A stretch of 64,000 bases of DNA from Faecousia sp. (GTDB lineage: Bacteria; Bacillota; Clostridia; Oscillospirales; Oscillospiraceae), in NCBI GenBank assembly GCA_045654265.1, contig JAZONA010000033.1, positions 3,125 to 67,124 of the forward strand, written 5' to 3'. The first letter of the stretch is position 1; every line of letters begins with the position of its first letter. Position numbers and translations under genes: made by a program. Of the stretch, positions 29,801 to 37,821 are shown piece by piece. Under the pieces are notes generated by a model. The model was not told the origin of the DNA. It was given only the letters and a program-made list of their open reading frames with translations, and searched no databases.

Positions 29801-30346
29801 CGCTCCTGGCGCAAGCCAGCCTTTGTGGAGCAGTCGGTACGGGGAACGGAATACGGTACTGCTATCCATACACTGCTTCAGTTTATTGATTACAATGCCT
29901 GCGGCGATGCTGCCGGTGTTCAGCGTGAAGTGTATCGGCTTGTGGAGGCTGGGATCCTCACGGAGCAGATGGGCGAAATGGTACCCGTGGAGCCAATCGC
30001 GGCATTTTTTGAAACGGAATTGGGACAGCGGATCCGCTTCGGGGAAGAGGTGCTGCGGGAGTTCAAATTCTCCATTCTGGATAAGGGAGAAGCCTACGGC
30101 GACGGCTTGGAGGGAGAGGAAATTCTTCTTCAGGGTGTTGTGGACTGTGCCATTGTGGAGCCGAACGGACTGACTATTGTGGACTTTAAGACTGATCGGG
30201 TCACAGAACAGAGCCTGGAAATGTCCGTTGCTGGGTATAAGCCCCAGGTGGATGCCTACGCCGATGCCATGAGCCGAATCTTTGGCTTACCAGTGAAGGA
30301 AAAAAGTCTATATTTCTTCCGGCTTGGAAAGCTGCTTGTACTATAA
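26855..30346 (+). CDS. addA: Helicase/nuclease subunit A
   Basis: AAAGSGKT, VDEYQD, VGDVKQSIYQFR, IHKSKGLEFP, YVAMTRA, C-terminal QGVVD...DFKTD. Confidence 0.93.
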   Translation: MAEKLTPQQAQAVSDRGGKLLVSAAAGSGKTKVLVDRLMGYLTDPVNPANIDEFLIITYTKAAASELRGKIAAKLSERIAQEPENRHLQQQLQRLYMTTISTVHAFCGDILRQYAYRLDLSADFRVADENECRQLRDTAMEQVLEEAYDHAGEDAEFCAFVDTQGIGRDDRQVPEILLKVYDSARCHLDPEGWLDRCVKAVEAEDGESVWQRYLMDELFSYLDLQIEAMERCATLAAAADEMEKPAIILSDTVNQLRHLRESATWDQVVSRRSIDYGTLRFSKKCTDTDLIDGIKAVRNGCKKGLERMMRSFTDPSAQVLADLQSSADAVRGMVKLVRRFGQVYDKAKQRRRVLDFGDLEHRTLDLLLGKSRSTATSVAHEIGARFREVMVDEYQDSNAVQDAIYGALTIKGQNCFMVGDVKQSIYQFRLADPGIFLEKYASFVPAAEAKAGEGRKVVLSRNFRSCGAVLAATNCVFETCMSPAVGGLYYGEDEALYEGIPHEPLAEPEVELYAIDVQEDTYAEEAAFVAKRISELIRGDHYIRDKAGQRRIKPEDIVILLRSPGSVGEQYRMALERKGIRCTTGGGCDLLQTEEIGVLRSLLQMIQNPQLDIPLAAVLASPVFEFTADDLAAFRGKNKKCSVYDAIYRDDSIKCKEFVSFLQKLRKESRMRSVTELLETIFVETRMDSIYRAMNPEKAENLQTFYQLAADFEAGGQRDLGRFLEHLDAMEDKGLIVGAEQSGSGAVTIMSIHKSKGLEFPVVFLSGLGREFNRESQRAQVLCHKELGIGIAAADAVRRVRYPTVAKRAISARIGAESVSEELRVLYVAMTRAKDRLIMTYASRSLEGELQDMVARMNMGCKELLTREAGCPGEWVLLAALTRIEAGELFNLGGKPSRVTVQEHPWLIRVENAPPEEGFGLQAEKKVTFPKEMLTVLQKNLSFTYAYDEATRAPSKQTATQRKGRLKDQEAAENTPEPKPIHRSWRKPAFVEQSVRGTEYGTAIHTLLQFIDYNACGDAAGVQREVYRLVEAGILTEQMGEMVPVEPIAAFFETELGQRIRFGEEVLREFKFSILDKGEAYGDGLEGEEILLQGVVDCAIVEPNGLTIVDFKTDRVTEQSLEMSVAGYKPQVDAYADAMSRIFGLPVKEKSLYFFRLGKLLVL

Positions 30347-30352
30347 TGTAAT

Positions 30353-30387
30353 TGGGACGCCTTCTTTTGAGGGCGTCCCATTTCTTT
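30353..30387. terminator. Terminator between addA and the N/Q microprotein gene
   Basis: TGGGACGCCTTC-TTTT-GAGGGCGTCCCA followed by TTTCTTT. Confidence 0.8.
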
Positions 30388-30529
30388 AGCGGCAGTTCTT
30401 GTTCTGGCTGTTGTTCTGGTTCTGATTCTGGTTGTTGTTCTGATTCTGGTTGCGATTGCTGTTCTGGTTCTGATTCTGGTTCTGGTTCTGGTTGCGGTTC
30501 TGGTTGTTATTCTGGTTCTGGTTATTCAT
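30386..30529 (-). CDS. Asn/Gln-rich microprotein (47 aa), putative small spore protein
   Basis: MNNQNQNNNQNRNQNQNQNQNQNSNRNQNQNNNQNQNQNNSQNKNCR; RBS GGAGG 8 nt before the ATG; synonymous AAC/AAT variation; stop codon abuts a terminator. Confidence 0.8.
   Translation of the reverse strand: MNNQNQNNNQNRNQNQNQNQNQNSNRNQNQNNNQNQNQNNSQNKNCR
30394..30526. repeat. Degenerate hexamer tandem repeat (AACCAG/AATCAG)n
   Basis: GTTCTG/ATTCTG units on the plus strand; encodes NQ dipeptides on the minus strand. Confidence 0.9.
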
Positions 30530-30544
30530 GTTCCGTTCCTCCGT

Positions 30545-30602
30545 AAATATCTTTCTGCGGTACGCCGCAGAGATATTTTGCCCGGAAAATCAGGATTTAT
30601 CC
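30545..30602 (-). promoter_or_regulatory. Putative SigG-type promoter and 5' hairpin of the N/Q gene
   Basis: GGATA-N17-CAAAATA (30602-30574), overlapping the spoVAE end; inverted repeat AAATATCT-CTGCGG...CCGCAG-AA-AGATATTT. Confidence 0.55.
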
Positions 30603-30946
30603 TTGGCTTTGAATACAAAACTTGCCAATAGACCGGCTGTGATGGCAGCGGTGATGCCGCCGGCTGCCGCTTTCAAACCACCGGTGAAGATACCCAGAAA
30701 GCCCATTTCATCCACCGCATCCCGGACACCCTTGGCCAGACAGTGTCCGAACCCGGTAAGTGGCACAGTTGCGCCTGCGCCGGCGAAGTCTGCAAAATGC
30801 TGATATAGTCCCACGCCACTGAGAATGACACCTGCCACAACATAGCATACCAAAATTCTTGCCGGAGTCAGTTTGGTTTTGTCGATAAGAATTTGTCCGA
30901 TGACACACAGCAAACCGCCAAAAAGAAACGCTTTTACATAGTCCAT
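30590..30946 (-). CDS. spoVAE: Stage V sporulation protein AE (SpoVAC/SpoVAEb family)
   Basis: AFLFGGLLCVIGQILIDKTKLTPARILV, AGAGATVPLTGFG. Confidence 0.92.
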   Translation of the reverse strand: MDYVKAFLFGGLLCVIGQILIDKTKLTPARILVCYVVAGVILSGVGLYQHFADFAGAGATVPLTGFGHCLAKGVRDAVDEMGFLGIFTGGLKAAAGGITAAITAGLLASFVFKAKDKS

Positions 30947-30947
30947 A

Positions 30948-31967
30948 TCAGTGCCTCCCGGAAAGAATGGATACCGCATGGCACACCCCTGGGATGGGCA
31001 GCCCCTGCTGGGTGGATGTGGGGGACAGCAGAGCCCCGGTACCGCAGAATAGGATGCGGTTGAGCTTGCCGGTGTAAAGCTTCGTCAGTAAATCGCCACA
31101 AAGGGTAATGGCACTGCACCCACAACCGGAGCCACCGGCGTGGACATCCTGACGGGTATTGTCAAAGACCATACAACCGCAATCCGCCAGTTTTCCGCCC
31201 AGATTGATGCCATCCAGTCGCGCCAGCTCCAGCAGGGCCTCCTTGCCGTGCTGCCCCAAATCGCCGGTGACGATCATGTCGTAATCCTCGGGGCGTGTGT
31301 CCAGATCGTCAAAGTGAGCCCGGATGGTCTGAAAAGCTGCCGGTGCCATGGCGGCACCCATGTTATTGGCATCGGTGATGCCCAAATCATGCACAGTGCC
31401 GATGGTACAGCTTTCCACAGTAGGCCCGTTACCCTCAGCACAGACCAGTGCCGCACCGGAACCGGTGACTGTCCACTGTGCGGTTGGCGGACGCTGGCCG
31501 CCATAGCCCAGAGGAAATCGGTACTGCCGCTCCGAAGAAGCGAAATGGGAAGAGGTCATGGCTACCACCCGATCCGCATAGCCACCGCCTACTGTCATAG
31601 ATGCCAGAAGCAGGCTTTCTGCCATAGTAGAGCAGGCTCCGTAAAGCCCCAAATGGGGCAGATTTTGATTCCGCAGAGAAAAGGAAGAACCGATGCACTG
31701 GTTGAGCAGATCCCCTGAAAAAACCAGATCAATGTCCTTCTGCATCAGTCCTGCCTTTGTGAGCAGGGTGTGAAGAGCCATTTGCTGGAGCTTTTTCTCT
31801 CCCTGTTCCCAGGTCTTTTCACCAAAATAGGTATCTTTGGAAACAATATCAAATGTTTTGGCCAATGGGCCTTCGCTTTCCTTTTTGCCGGCAATACTTG
31901 CCCAGGTTGTAATAACCGGACGGATGCTTGGAATGAAGCTTTGTCGACCACGCTTGTTTTGTGCCAT
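30948..31967 (-). CDS. spoVAD: Stage V sporulation protein AD
   Basis: GDLLNQ, GACSTM, SSHF...ERQYRFP..YGGQRPPTAQWTVTG, GGSGCGC. Confidence 0.95.
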   Translation of the reverse strand: MAQNKRGRQSFIPSIRPVITTWASIAGKKESEGPLAKTFDIVSKDTYFGEKTWEQGEKKLQQMALHTLLTKAGLMQKDIDLVFSGDLLNQCIGSSFSLRNQNLPHLGLYGACSTMAESLLLASMTVGGGYADRVVAMTSSHFASSERQYRFPLGYGGQRPPTAQWTVTGSGAALVCAEGNGPTVESCTIGTVHDLGITDANNMGAAMAPAAFQTIRAHFDDLDTRPEDYDMIVTGDLGQHGKEALLELARLDGINLGGKLADCGCMVFDNTRQDVHAGGSGCGCSAITLCGDLLTKLYTGKLNRILFCGTGALLSPTSTQQGLPIPGVCHAVSILSGRH

Positions 31968-31989
31968 GGGAACCTCCTTGTTTTTTCGT

Positions 31990-32040
31990 TATTATGTCCC
32001 CAAAACATGAAAAAATGCCTGCCGGGAATCCGGCAGGCAT
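31990..32040 (-). promoter_or_regulatory. Putative SigG promoter of spoVAD, overlapping the upstream gene's terminator
   Basis: GCATT-N17-CATAATA (32018-31990); terminator ATGCCTGCCGG-loop-CCGGCAGGCAT plus T run. Confidence 0.6.
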
Positions 32041-32051
32041 ATATGGATTTC

Positions 32052-33518
32052 TTACATTCCTCCACCGACGGAGGGAACGGGGAGAGGACGAACCGGATCA
32101 AATACCAATTCTACATCAAACAGATCCTTCAGCTTTTCCGGGTGGTGGTACATACGGTAGCCATCCAGATTCCGGCGACCGCCACGGAAGTAGTTGCTAC
32201 CCAACTGATTCCAGTACTGATTGCCATCCACATTGAAGAAGTAGCGATAACCATCTTCGTAGAGAGCCTTGAATTTTTCGTTGGTGAAATCGTATTTTTT
32301 CCAGTTGTGAATATCAGAGCCGTGAGGGTAGAGGATGACATCGGTATCACCGATGACAGATTGAACAGTATCCTCCCACTTGTCGGAGTCGGAGGCTACA
32401 CGATCTGCAGTGAGATTGCCATAAGCCGGGTGACCGTAAGAATGGCTTGCGAGAATCCAACCATTGTCCCGGAGGCACTGTGCTACAGCCTTGGCGTCTT
32501 CCACTTCCTTAGCGTAGGCTTCGCTGCCCATGGCGGCCTCATAAGAAGGCTTGGTACGATAACCAAAAACGCCTTCATAGCCGGTCATACCCAGAATGGC
32601 GCGGGCACCATGATAGGAAAAATCCGGATGCTCTTGTATAAAGGTTTCCAGAACGGGAACCAGATCGTAGTCGCCAGTGGTGATATTGCCGGCGGCATCC
32701 ATATATTCACAGGTAGGCTTGCCGTCTTCGCCGATAACGATTTTGTGAGCAAAGCCGTCATTCTTGGAGTCCACAAATACGGGAGTCTCGTTCTTGCCGT
32801 TGCCAGTGCCGATCATGTAGCTGTAGTAATTCACATCATCCTGGCTCATAATAAAGGGAATCTTGCCATCGGGAATGCGAATGTTGCCATAAACGAAATT
32901 GGGTTCCTCTTCGGTACCGGCATTATAGGCTAAGTCGTACGGTGAAATAAGGATAAAGCCCTTCTTGTACATCTCGTTGAGAATGGCCTTGAACTCATCC
33001 ACAGTAGTCATATACATATTGTAGCCGTTTTGATCTTCGTCACCGTCGAATGCCCGATCCGGATCCACAATGAGAGAGTGGAAGAAAATATGAGTCACAG
33101 TTTCGGGAGAGCGGTAAGTGACCAGTTGCGCATCCTGCTGCTCATATTGGGCTACAATTTGGGCCAACTCCGGTATTTTTTCGTAATCCTCGTAGGACTG
33201 GAGCATGGAAATGGCTTTCTGATAGTCGTAGCCCTGGGCAACGAACTCGGCACTGGCCACAAGCTCCTGAACCTGCGGTTGCTCAATGGAAGGCTTTGCG
33301 GTTGTTGGCTGCGTGGGAGCAGTCGTGGTGACGTTCATGTATCCGCCGTCTTCTGTGGGAACATTCATTTTTTGCACAACGGCGGCGATGGCAATAGTCA
33401 CGGTGATCAAACAAACCACACCCAGTACGCTGGCGATGATCACAGGAATGATCTTATACCATTGGGTACCCTTGCGGCGCTTTCTGCGGCGGTTATTGGT
33501 TTCATATTGTCCTGCCAT
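32052..33518 (-). CDS. Membrane-anchored polysaccharide deacetylase-family protein
   Basis: Basic N-tail and TM; HIFFHSL, SQDDVNY, ASHSYGH metal motif, YPHG. Confidence 0.8.
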   Translation of the reverse strand: MAGQYETNNRRRKRRKGTQWYKIIPVIIASVLGVVCLITVTIAIAAVVQKMNVPTEDGGYMNVTTTAPTQPTTAKPSIEQPQVQELVASAEFVAQGYDYQKAISMLQSYEDYEKIPELAQIVAQYEQQDAQLVTYRSPETVTHIFFHSLIVDPDRAFDGDEDQNGYNMYMTTVDEFKAILNEMYKKGFILISPYDLAYNAGTEEEPNFVYGNIRIPDGKIPFIMSQDDVNYYSYMIGTGNGKNETPVFVDSKNDGFAHKIVIGEDGKPTCEYMDAAGNITTGDYDLVPVLETFIQEHPDFSYHGARAILGMTGYEGVFGYRTKPSYEAAMGSEAYAKEVEDAKAVAQCLRDNGWILASHSYGHPAYGNLTADRVASDSDKWEDTVQSVIGDTDVILYPHGSDIHNWKKYDFTNEKFKALYEDGYRYFFNVDGNQYWNQLGSNYFRGGRRNLDGYRMYHHPEKLKDLFDVELVFDPVRPLPVPSVGGGM

Positions 33519-33586
33519 TATGATCTTCCTTTCTTGTTAATTCTTTATAATGGTATTATATACGATTTTTTTCGTGATATCAAGAC

Positions 33587-33619
33587 AAAAAAGTCGGCAC
33601 CCAGAGGGTGCCGAAAAAA
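33587..33619 (-). terminator. Intrinsic terminator
   Basis: TCGGCACCC-loop-GGGTGCCGA flanked by A/T runs. Confidence 0.75.
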
Positions 33620-33627
33620 GTTTACAA

Positions 33628-34590
33628 TTAAAATATCCGCCGGGCGCCGTAATAGTGCTGGACGTAGTAGGAACTGCTTAGGTCGCTGATAACAACGCCC
33701 TTGGAGCTGGAGGCATGGATCATTTTCCCGTCGCCAATGTAGATGCCCACATGGGAGATGCCTTCCCGGTATGTATTCTGCAGGAATACCAGATCACCGG
33801 GTTGCAGGTTGCTTTTGGCAACATAGGTGCCGATCTTGTACTGCTCGGTAGTGGTGCGGGGGATGGTGATGCCGCATCGCTTCATCACATACTGGGTGTA
33901 CCCGGAGCAGTCGAAACCCTTTGTGGTGGTGCCTCCCCAAACATAGGGGGTACCGATATATTTCTTGGCCTCCGCCACAATGTCGTTTTTGGAAGCGGTG
34001 TTGCCATTCAGTGCCGAGGCACTGGGCGTCACGCCGGTGGACTTGCCGTCCACAAAGAACAAAGGTTTTTTAGTGGATGCAGTGTTCTCGTAGGGGATCT
34101 CGGTCAGATCCAGATAGTCACTGCGAATGTAGCAGATGGAATTTCCGTAAATGATCTTATACCATTTGTTGTTCAGGCCAATGATGTAGGCCTTGTCGCC
34201 GGTGTTGGCCTGACCGATGGCGCTGTAAGAGGTGCCGGGGCCGGTGCGCAGATTGACTTTGGTGGCGTTGACCTTGCCGTAACCCAGCTCAATGTTTTTA
34301 ACAGCGCTGGTTTGCAGATAGCTTTCATGCATGTAGCCGGTTTTCAGGTTGTAGATTACCTGATACCAGGAGCCAGTCTTACCGATGACCATGGCATAAT
34401 CGCCCTTGGGCGCATAAGCGATGGTTGCGGAAGAAGTGCTTGGGCCGCTGCGCAGCCGCAAAGAACTGGCGTTTACAGTGCCAATATGGGTGGAAAAAAT
34501 ATCGCCGCTGGCCTTAGCGCCAACGGCGGTGCCGCTGACAAACAGAAGAAGTGCCAGCGCAGTACAAATCATTCGTGTAAATCGTTTCAT
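33628..34590 (-). CDS. SH3b-SH3b-NlpC/P60 cell-wall endopeptidase
   Basis: Signal peptide; LRLRSGPST and VNLRTGPGT SH3b repeats; GTPYVWGG, GFDCSG, GDLVF, HVGIY, IHAS. Confidence 0.93.
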   Translation of the reverse strand: MKRFTRMICTALALLLFVSGTAVGAKASGDIFSTHIGTVNASSLRLRSGPSTSSATIAYAPKGDYAMVIGKTGSWYQVIYNLKTGYMHESYLQTSAVKNIELGYGKVNATKVNLRTGPGTSYSAIGQANTGDKAYIIGLNNKWYKIIYGNSICYIRSDYLDLTEIPYENTASTKKPLFFVDGKSTGVTPSASALNGNTASKNDIVAEAKKYIGTPYVWGGTTTKGFDCSGYTQYVMKRCGITIPRTTTEQYKIGTYVAKSNLQPGDLVFLQNTYREGISHVGIYIGDGKMIHASSSKGVVISDLSSSYYVQHYYGARRIF

Positions 34591-34610
34591 ACGTTGCCCT
34601 CCGTCTTACA

Positions 34611-34898
34611 TTATTTACCCGCCAAAGCACGGGACAGCCATACACTGCCAAAATCCAAAGCGGTGTACAGACCAGCCTTCTCGCTCTTCTTCACGACGCG
34701 ATCACGGCTTCTGGCGTTGGGGTCGGTGAGCTGAAGCTGCACGGAAACCCGGGTGGCGATGTCGGTATCGCCCATCTTCTTGGTTTCAAGGATCTGGAGC
34801 ATCACGATGTGAGAGTCGGCCATGGAGCCGTAATAGATCATGTTGTCCTTGCGCATCAGGGGATGGCCCTTGTACATCAGAACCTTTTCTTCAGACAT
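34611..34898 (-). CDS. Conserved hypothetical protein (95 aa)
   Basis: Host-like codon usage, RBS AAAGGAGG, TTGACA-N17-TACCAT promoter; 20 nt upstream of the NlpC/P60 gene. Confidence 0.8.
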   Translation of the reverse strand: MSEEKVLMYKGHPLMRKDNMIYYGSMADSHIVMLQILETKKMGDTDIATRVSVQLQLTDPNARSRDRVVKKSEKAGLYTALDFGSVWLSRALAGK

Positions 34899-35083
34899 TT
34901 GGAAAACCTCCTTTCGTAAGTGTGTGGAAATGGTAACAAATCGTAACTATTTTGTCAACCGAAATTGGGCGAATCCGGTTAAACTGGAATCCATTACCGA
35001 AATTTTGGATTTTGTTGGTAAGACGGAGGGGGAAGTATGAAAGAAACAAGGGGTTTTACCGTGGCAAAACCCCTTGGCGAGAA

Positions 35084-35335
35084 TCACTTGTTCTCAAACA
35101 GATAGCAGCGAACCAACTCCTGCAGAAGCTCATCCCGATCCAACTTGCAGATCATACTGCGTGCATTGTTGTAGTTGGTGATATAGGTGGGGTCTTCTGT
35201 GAGCAGGTAGCCGACGATCTGATTGATGGGGTTGTAGCCTTTCTCATTCAGCGCGTCGAATACATTGCGAAGTACAATGCGCATATGCTGCTTGTCATCG
35301 CTGGGAACAGTGAATTTAATGGTATTATCTGTCAT
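35084..35335 (-). CDS. ireB: IreB/ReoM-family regulatory phosphoprotein (DUF965)
   Basis: N-terminal T.KF phospho-site context, [24 protein letters not shown]...AR; RBS AGGAGG. Confidence 0.92.
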   Translation of the reverse strand: MTDNTIKFTVPSDDKQHMRIVLRNVFDALNEKGYNPINQIVGYLLTEDPTYITNYNNARSMICKLDRDELLQELVRCYLFENK

Positions 35336-35421
35336 GTTATCGACCTCCTGAATATGAATATGGTTATTATACCCCAAAATAATGTTCGTGTAAAGCCCCT
35401 AAAGCAGACTTTTTTCACGGA

Positions 35422-37809
35422 TTACCGCAGAATGGCACCCAGTTTCTCGCTCAGAGCGGCCAAGACCTTGGAAACGACGCCCTCGGAATCGGTGTCAGTC
35501 AGGGTGCGGTCATCGGCGCGGAGCTGCAGGGAGAAGGCCATGCTCTTCTTGCCCTCGGGCACGCCGGTGCCACGGTAGATGTCAAACAGCTTCACATCAC
35601 GCAGCAGCTTGCCGGCAGCGGCAGTGATCACGTCCTCAACCTGAGCAACGGTAATGGCCTCGTCGCAGATCAAAGACAGGTCACGGGAAACGCCGGGGTA
35701 CTTGGGCAGGGGAGTGTAGGTGGCATCGGGCAGCTGCAGGTCGAACAGCTTGGTGAAGCTGATCTCGGCGCAGTAAACATCCACGTCAATGCCGTAATTC
35801 TGGGCGACCAGAGGATGGATCTGACCCATCACGCCCACATCTACGCCATCGATGGTCACCTTGGCGCAACGACCGGGGTGGTAGGTGGGATTGTCGGTGA
35901 CGGCGCTGTAGCTGGCCTTCTTGATCCGCAGACCGGACAGCACAGCCTCCAGCTCGCCCTTCAGGCTGAAGAAGCTGGCGTTGGGGCCGTAGGTGCCCAA
36001 CATCAGCATCTTGGGCTCTTCAGGCAGAACCTGACCCTCGGTGGGCAGGTAGATCTTAGCCAGCTCGTAGAGCTTGACGGTCTTGTTGTGATAAGCGTAG
36101 TTCCGGGACAGAATGTCCAGCATGGAGGGCACCGCAATGGTACGCATGATGGAGGTGTCCTCGCCTAGAGGATTCTGGATCCGCATAGCATTACGCAGAA
36201 CGGAATCAGCAGGCAGACGGATCTGATCGAAAATAGCAGGGGAAACGAAGGAATAGGTGATGATCTCGCTGTAGCCCAGGCTACGGCACAGCTGGCCAGC
36301 CTTGTTCTCCAGGAGCATGAAGGGGGAGTAGCCGCCCTGGGTGGAATTCTTGAAGGCGGTGGTGGGAATCTCGTTGTAGCCGTACAAACGACCCACTTCC
36401 TCAGCAATGTCCGCCATCAGGTTCAGGTCGGGACGGAAGGAGGGAACGTGAATGGTGCGGCCCTCAACGGGGATCTCCAGACGGTTCAGATAAGCCACCA
36501 TGTCGGCTTCGGAAATGTCGGTGCCCAGCAGACGGTTGATCTTCTCGGGCTCCAGCTCCAGAGTCTTGGGAGAGGAAACATAGTTGATGATGTCGATGAT
36601 GCCGTCCATCACGTCGCCGCATTCCAGCAGCTCCACCAGCTCGCAGGCTCTCTGCACAGCAGGAACGGTCATCATGGGATCCAGATTCTTCTCGAACTTG
36701 CCGGAGGACACGGTACGCATACCCAGCGCCAGAGCGGTCTGACGGATGGAGGTGCCGTTGAAGTTGGCGGACTCAAAGACGACAGTGGTGGAGTCATCCA
36801 GAATTTCGGAGTTTTCACCGCCCATGATGCCAGCCAGACCAATGGGCTTGCTCTCGTCGGCGATGACCAACATGCCGGGAGTCAGCTCACGGACGTTGCC
36901 GTCCAGCGTGGTCAGGGTTTCGCCTGCCTCAGCCTCACGAACCACGATCTTGCCGGAGGCAACATAGCGGTAATCGAAGGCGTGCATGGGCTGGCCGTAC
37001 TCCAACATGACGTAGTTGGTGATGTCAACGATGTTGTTGATGGGACGCACGCCGTTGGCTCTCAGCCGCTGACGCAGCCACTTGGGGGAGGGAGCGATCT
37101 TGACGTTCTTCACCATCCGGGAGGAGTAGCGGTTGCACAGAGTTTCTGCAGGAACCTCCACGTCCAGCATCTCGAAGATAGGGCCGGCATCGCTGCCCTT
37201 GACCACGGGCTCGTGGTGCTTCATGGGCTTATTGAAAGCGGCGGCAGCCTCACGGGCCAGACCGATGATGGAGTAGCAGTCGGGACGATTGTTGGTGATC
37301 TCGAAGTCCACCACGGTGTCGTCGTTGCCGATGACCAGGTTGATGTCGTCGCCCACCTTGCAGTCTTCGTCGTTGAGGATCCAAATGCCATCCAGAATGG
37401 CGTTGGGGTAGTCGTTCAGAGTCAGACCCAGCTCCTCAAGGCCGCAGAGCATACCGTTGGACTTTTCGCCACGGAGCTTGCCCTTGGTGATGTGAACACC
37501 GCCGGGGAGCCAGGAGTTGTGCAGAGCGGCAGGAACCAGATCGCCCTGCTTCACATTCTGGGCGCCGGTGACGATCTGGACAGGCTCTTCGCCGCCCACA
37601 TCGATCTGGCAGACCCACATGTGGTCAGAATTCTCGTGACGAACGATGGAAACCACCTTACCAACAACTACGTTCTTGATTTCGGCGTCCATACGCTCGT
37701 AAGTTTCCACCTTCTGACCGGCGACGGTCATGGTTTCCACGAATTCTTTGTCGGAAATGTGGCTCAGGTCCACGAATTCCTCATTGATCCATTTTCTGTT
37801 GAGTTTCAT
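35422..37809 (-). CDS. pheT: Phenylalanine-tRNA ligase beta subunit
   Basis: QIVTGA.N, KLRG..S.GM, NRPDC, NNIVDITNYVMLE.GQPMHAFD, C-terminal FDX-ACB domain. Confidence 0.97.
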   Translation of the reverse strand: MKLNRKWINEEFVDLSHISDKEFVETMTVAGQKVETYERMDAEIKNVVVGKVVSIVRHENSDHMWVCQIDVGGEEPVQIVTGAQNVKQGDLVPAALHNSWLPGGVHITKGKLRGEKSNGMLCGLEELGLTLNDYPNAILDGIWILNDEDCKVGDDINLVIGNDDTVVDFEITNNRPDCYSIIGLAREAAAAFNKPMKHHEPVVKGSDAGPIFEMLDVEVPAETLCNRYSSRMVKNVKIAPSPKWLRQRLRANGVRPINNIVDITNYVMLEYGQPMHAFDYRYVASGKIVVREAEAGETLTTLDGNVRELTPGMLVIADESKPIGLAGIMGGENSEILDDSTTVVFESANFNGTSIRQTALALGMRTVSSGKFEKNLDPMMTVPAVQRACELVELLECGDVMDGIIDIINYVSSPKTLELEPEKINRLLGTDISEADMVAYLNRLEIPVEGRTIHVPSFRPDLNLMADIAEEVGRLYGYNEIPTTAFKNSTQGGYSPFMLLENKAGQLCRSLGYSEIITYSFVSPAIFDQIRLPADSVLRNAMRIQNPLGEDTSIMRTIAVPSMLDILSRNYAYHNKTVKLYELAKIYLPTEGQVLPEEPKMLMLGTYGPNASFFSLKGELEAVLSGLRIKKASYSAVTDNPTYHPGRCAKVTIDGVDVGVMGQIHPLVAQNYGIDVDVYCAEISFTKLFDLQLPDATYTPLPKYPGVSRDLSLICDEAITVAQVEDVITAAAGKLLRDVKLFDIYRGTGVPEGKKSMAFSLQLRADDRTLTDTDSEGVVSKVLAALSEKLGAILR

Positions 37810-37821
37810 CGTGATACCTCC

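Noticed and set aside
30394-30526. Possible CRISPR array or non-coding VNTR
   Set aside because: Units are 3-6 bp with no spacers and no cas genes; explained as NQ-coding sequence.
30352-30546. Plus-strand Ser/Gly/Cys-repeat ORF resembling a metallothionein or RiPP precursor, a tempting YcaO substrate
   Set aside because: TTG start without an RBS, and it runs through the addA terminator. The opposite strand has an RBS, ATG, promoter motif and synonymous variation.
34932-34947. WalR-box-like direct repeat
   Set aside because: Period is 10 bp rather than 11 and the half-sites deviate; not called as a WalR site.
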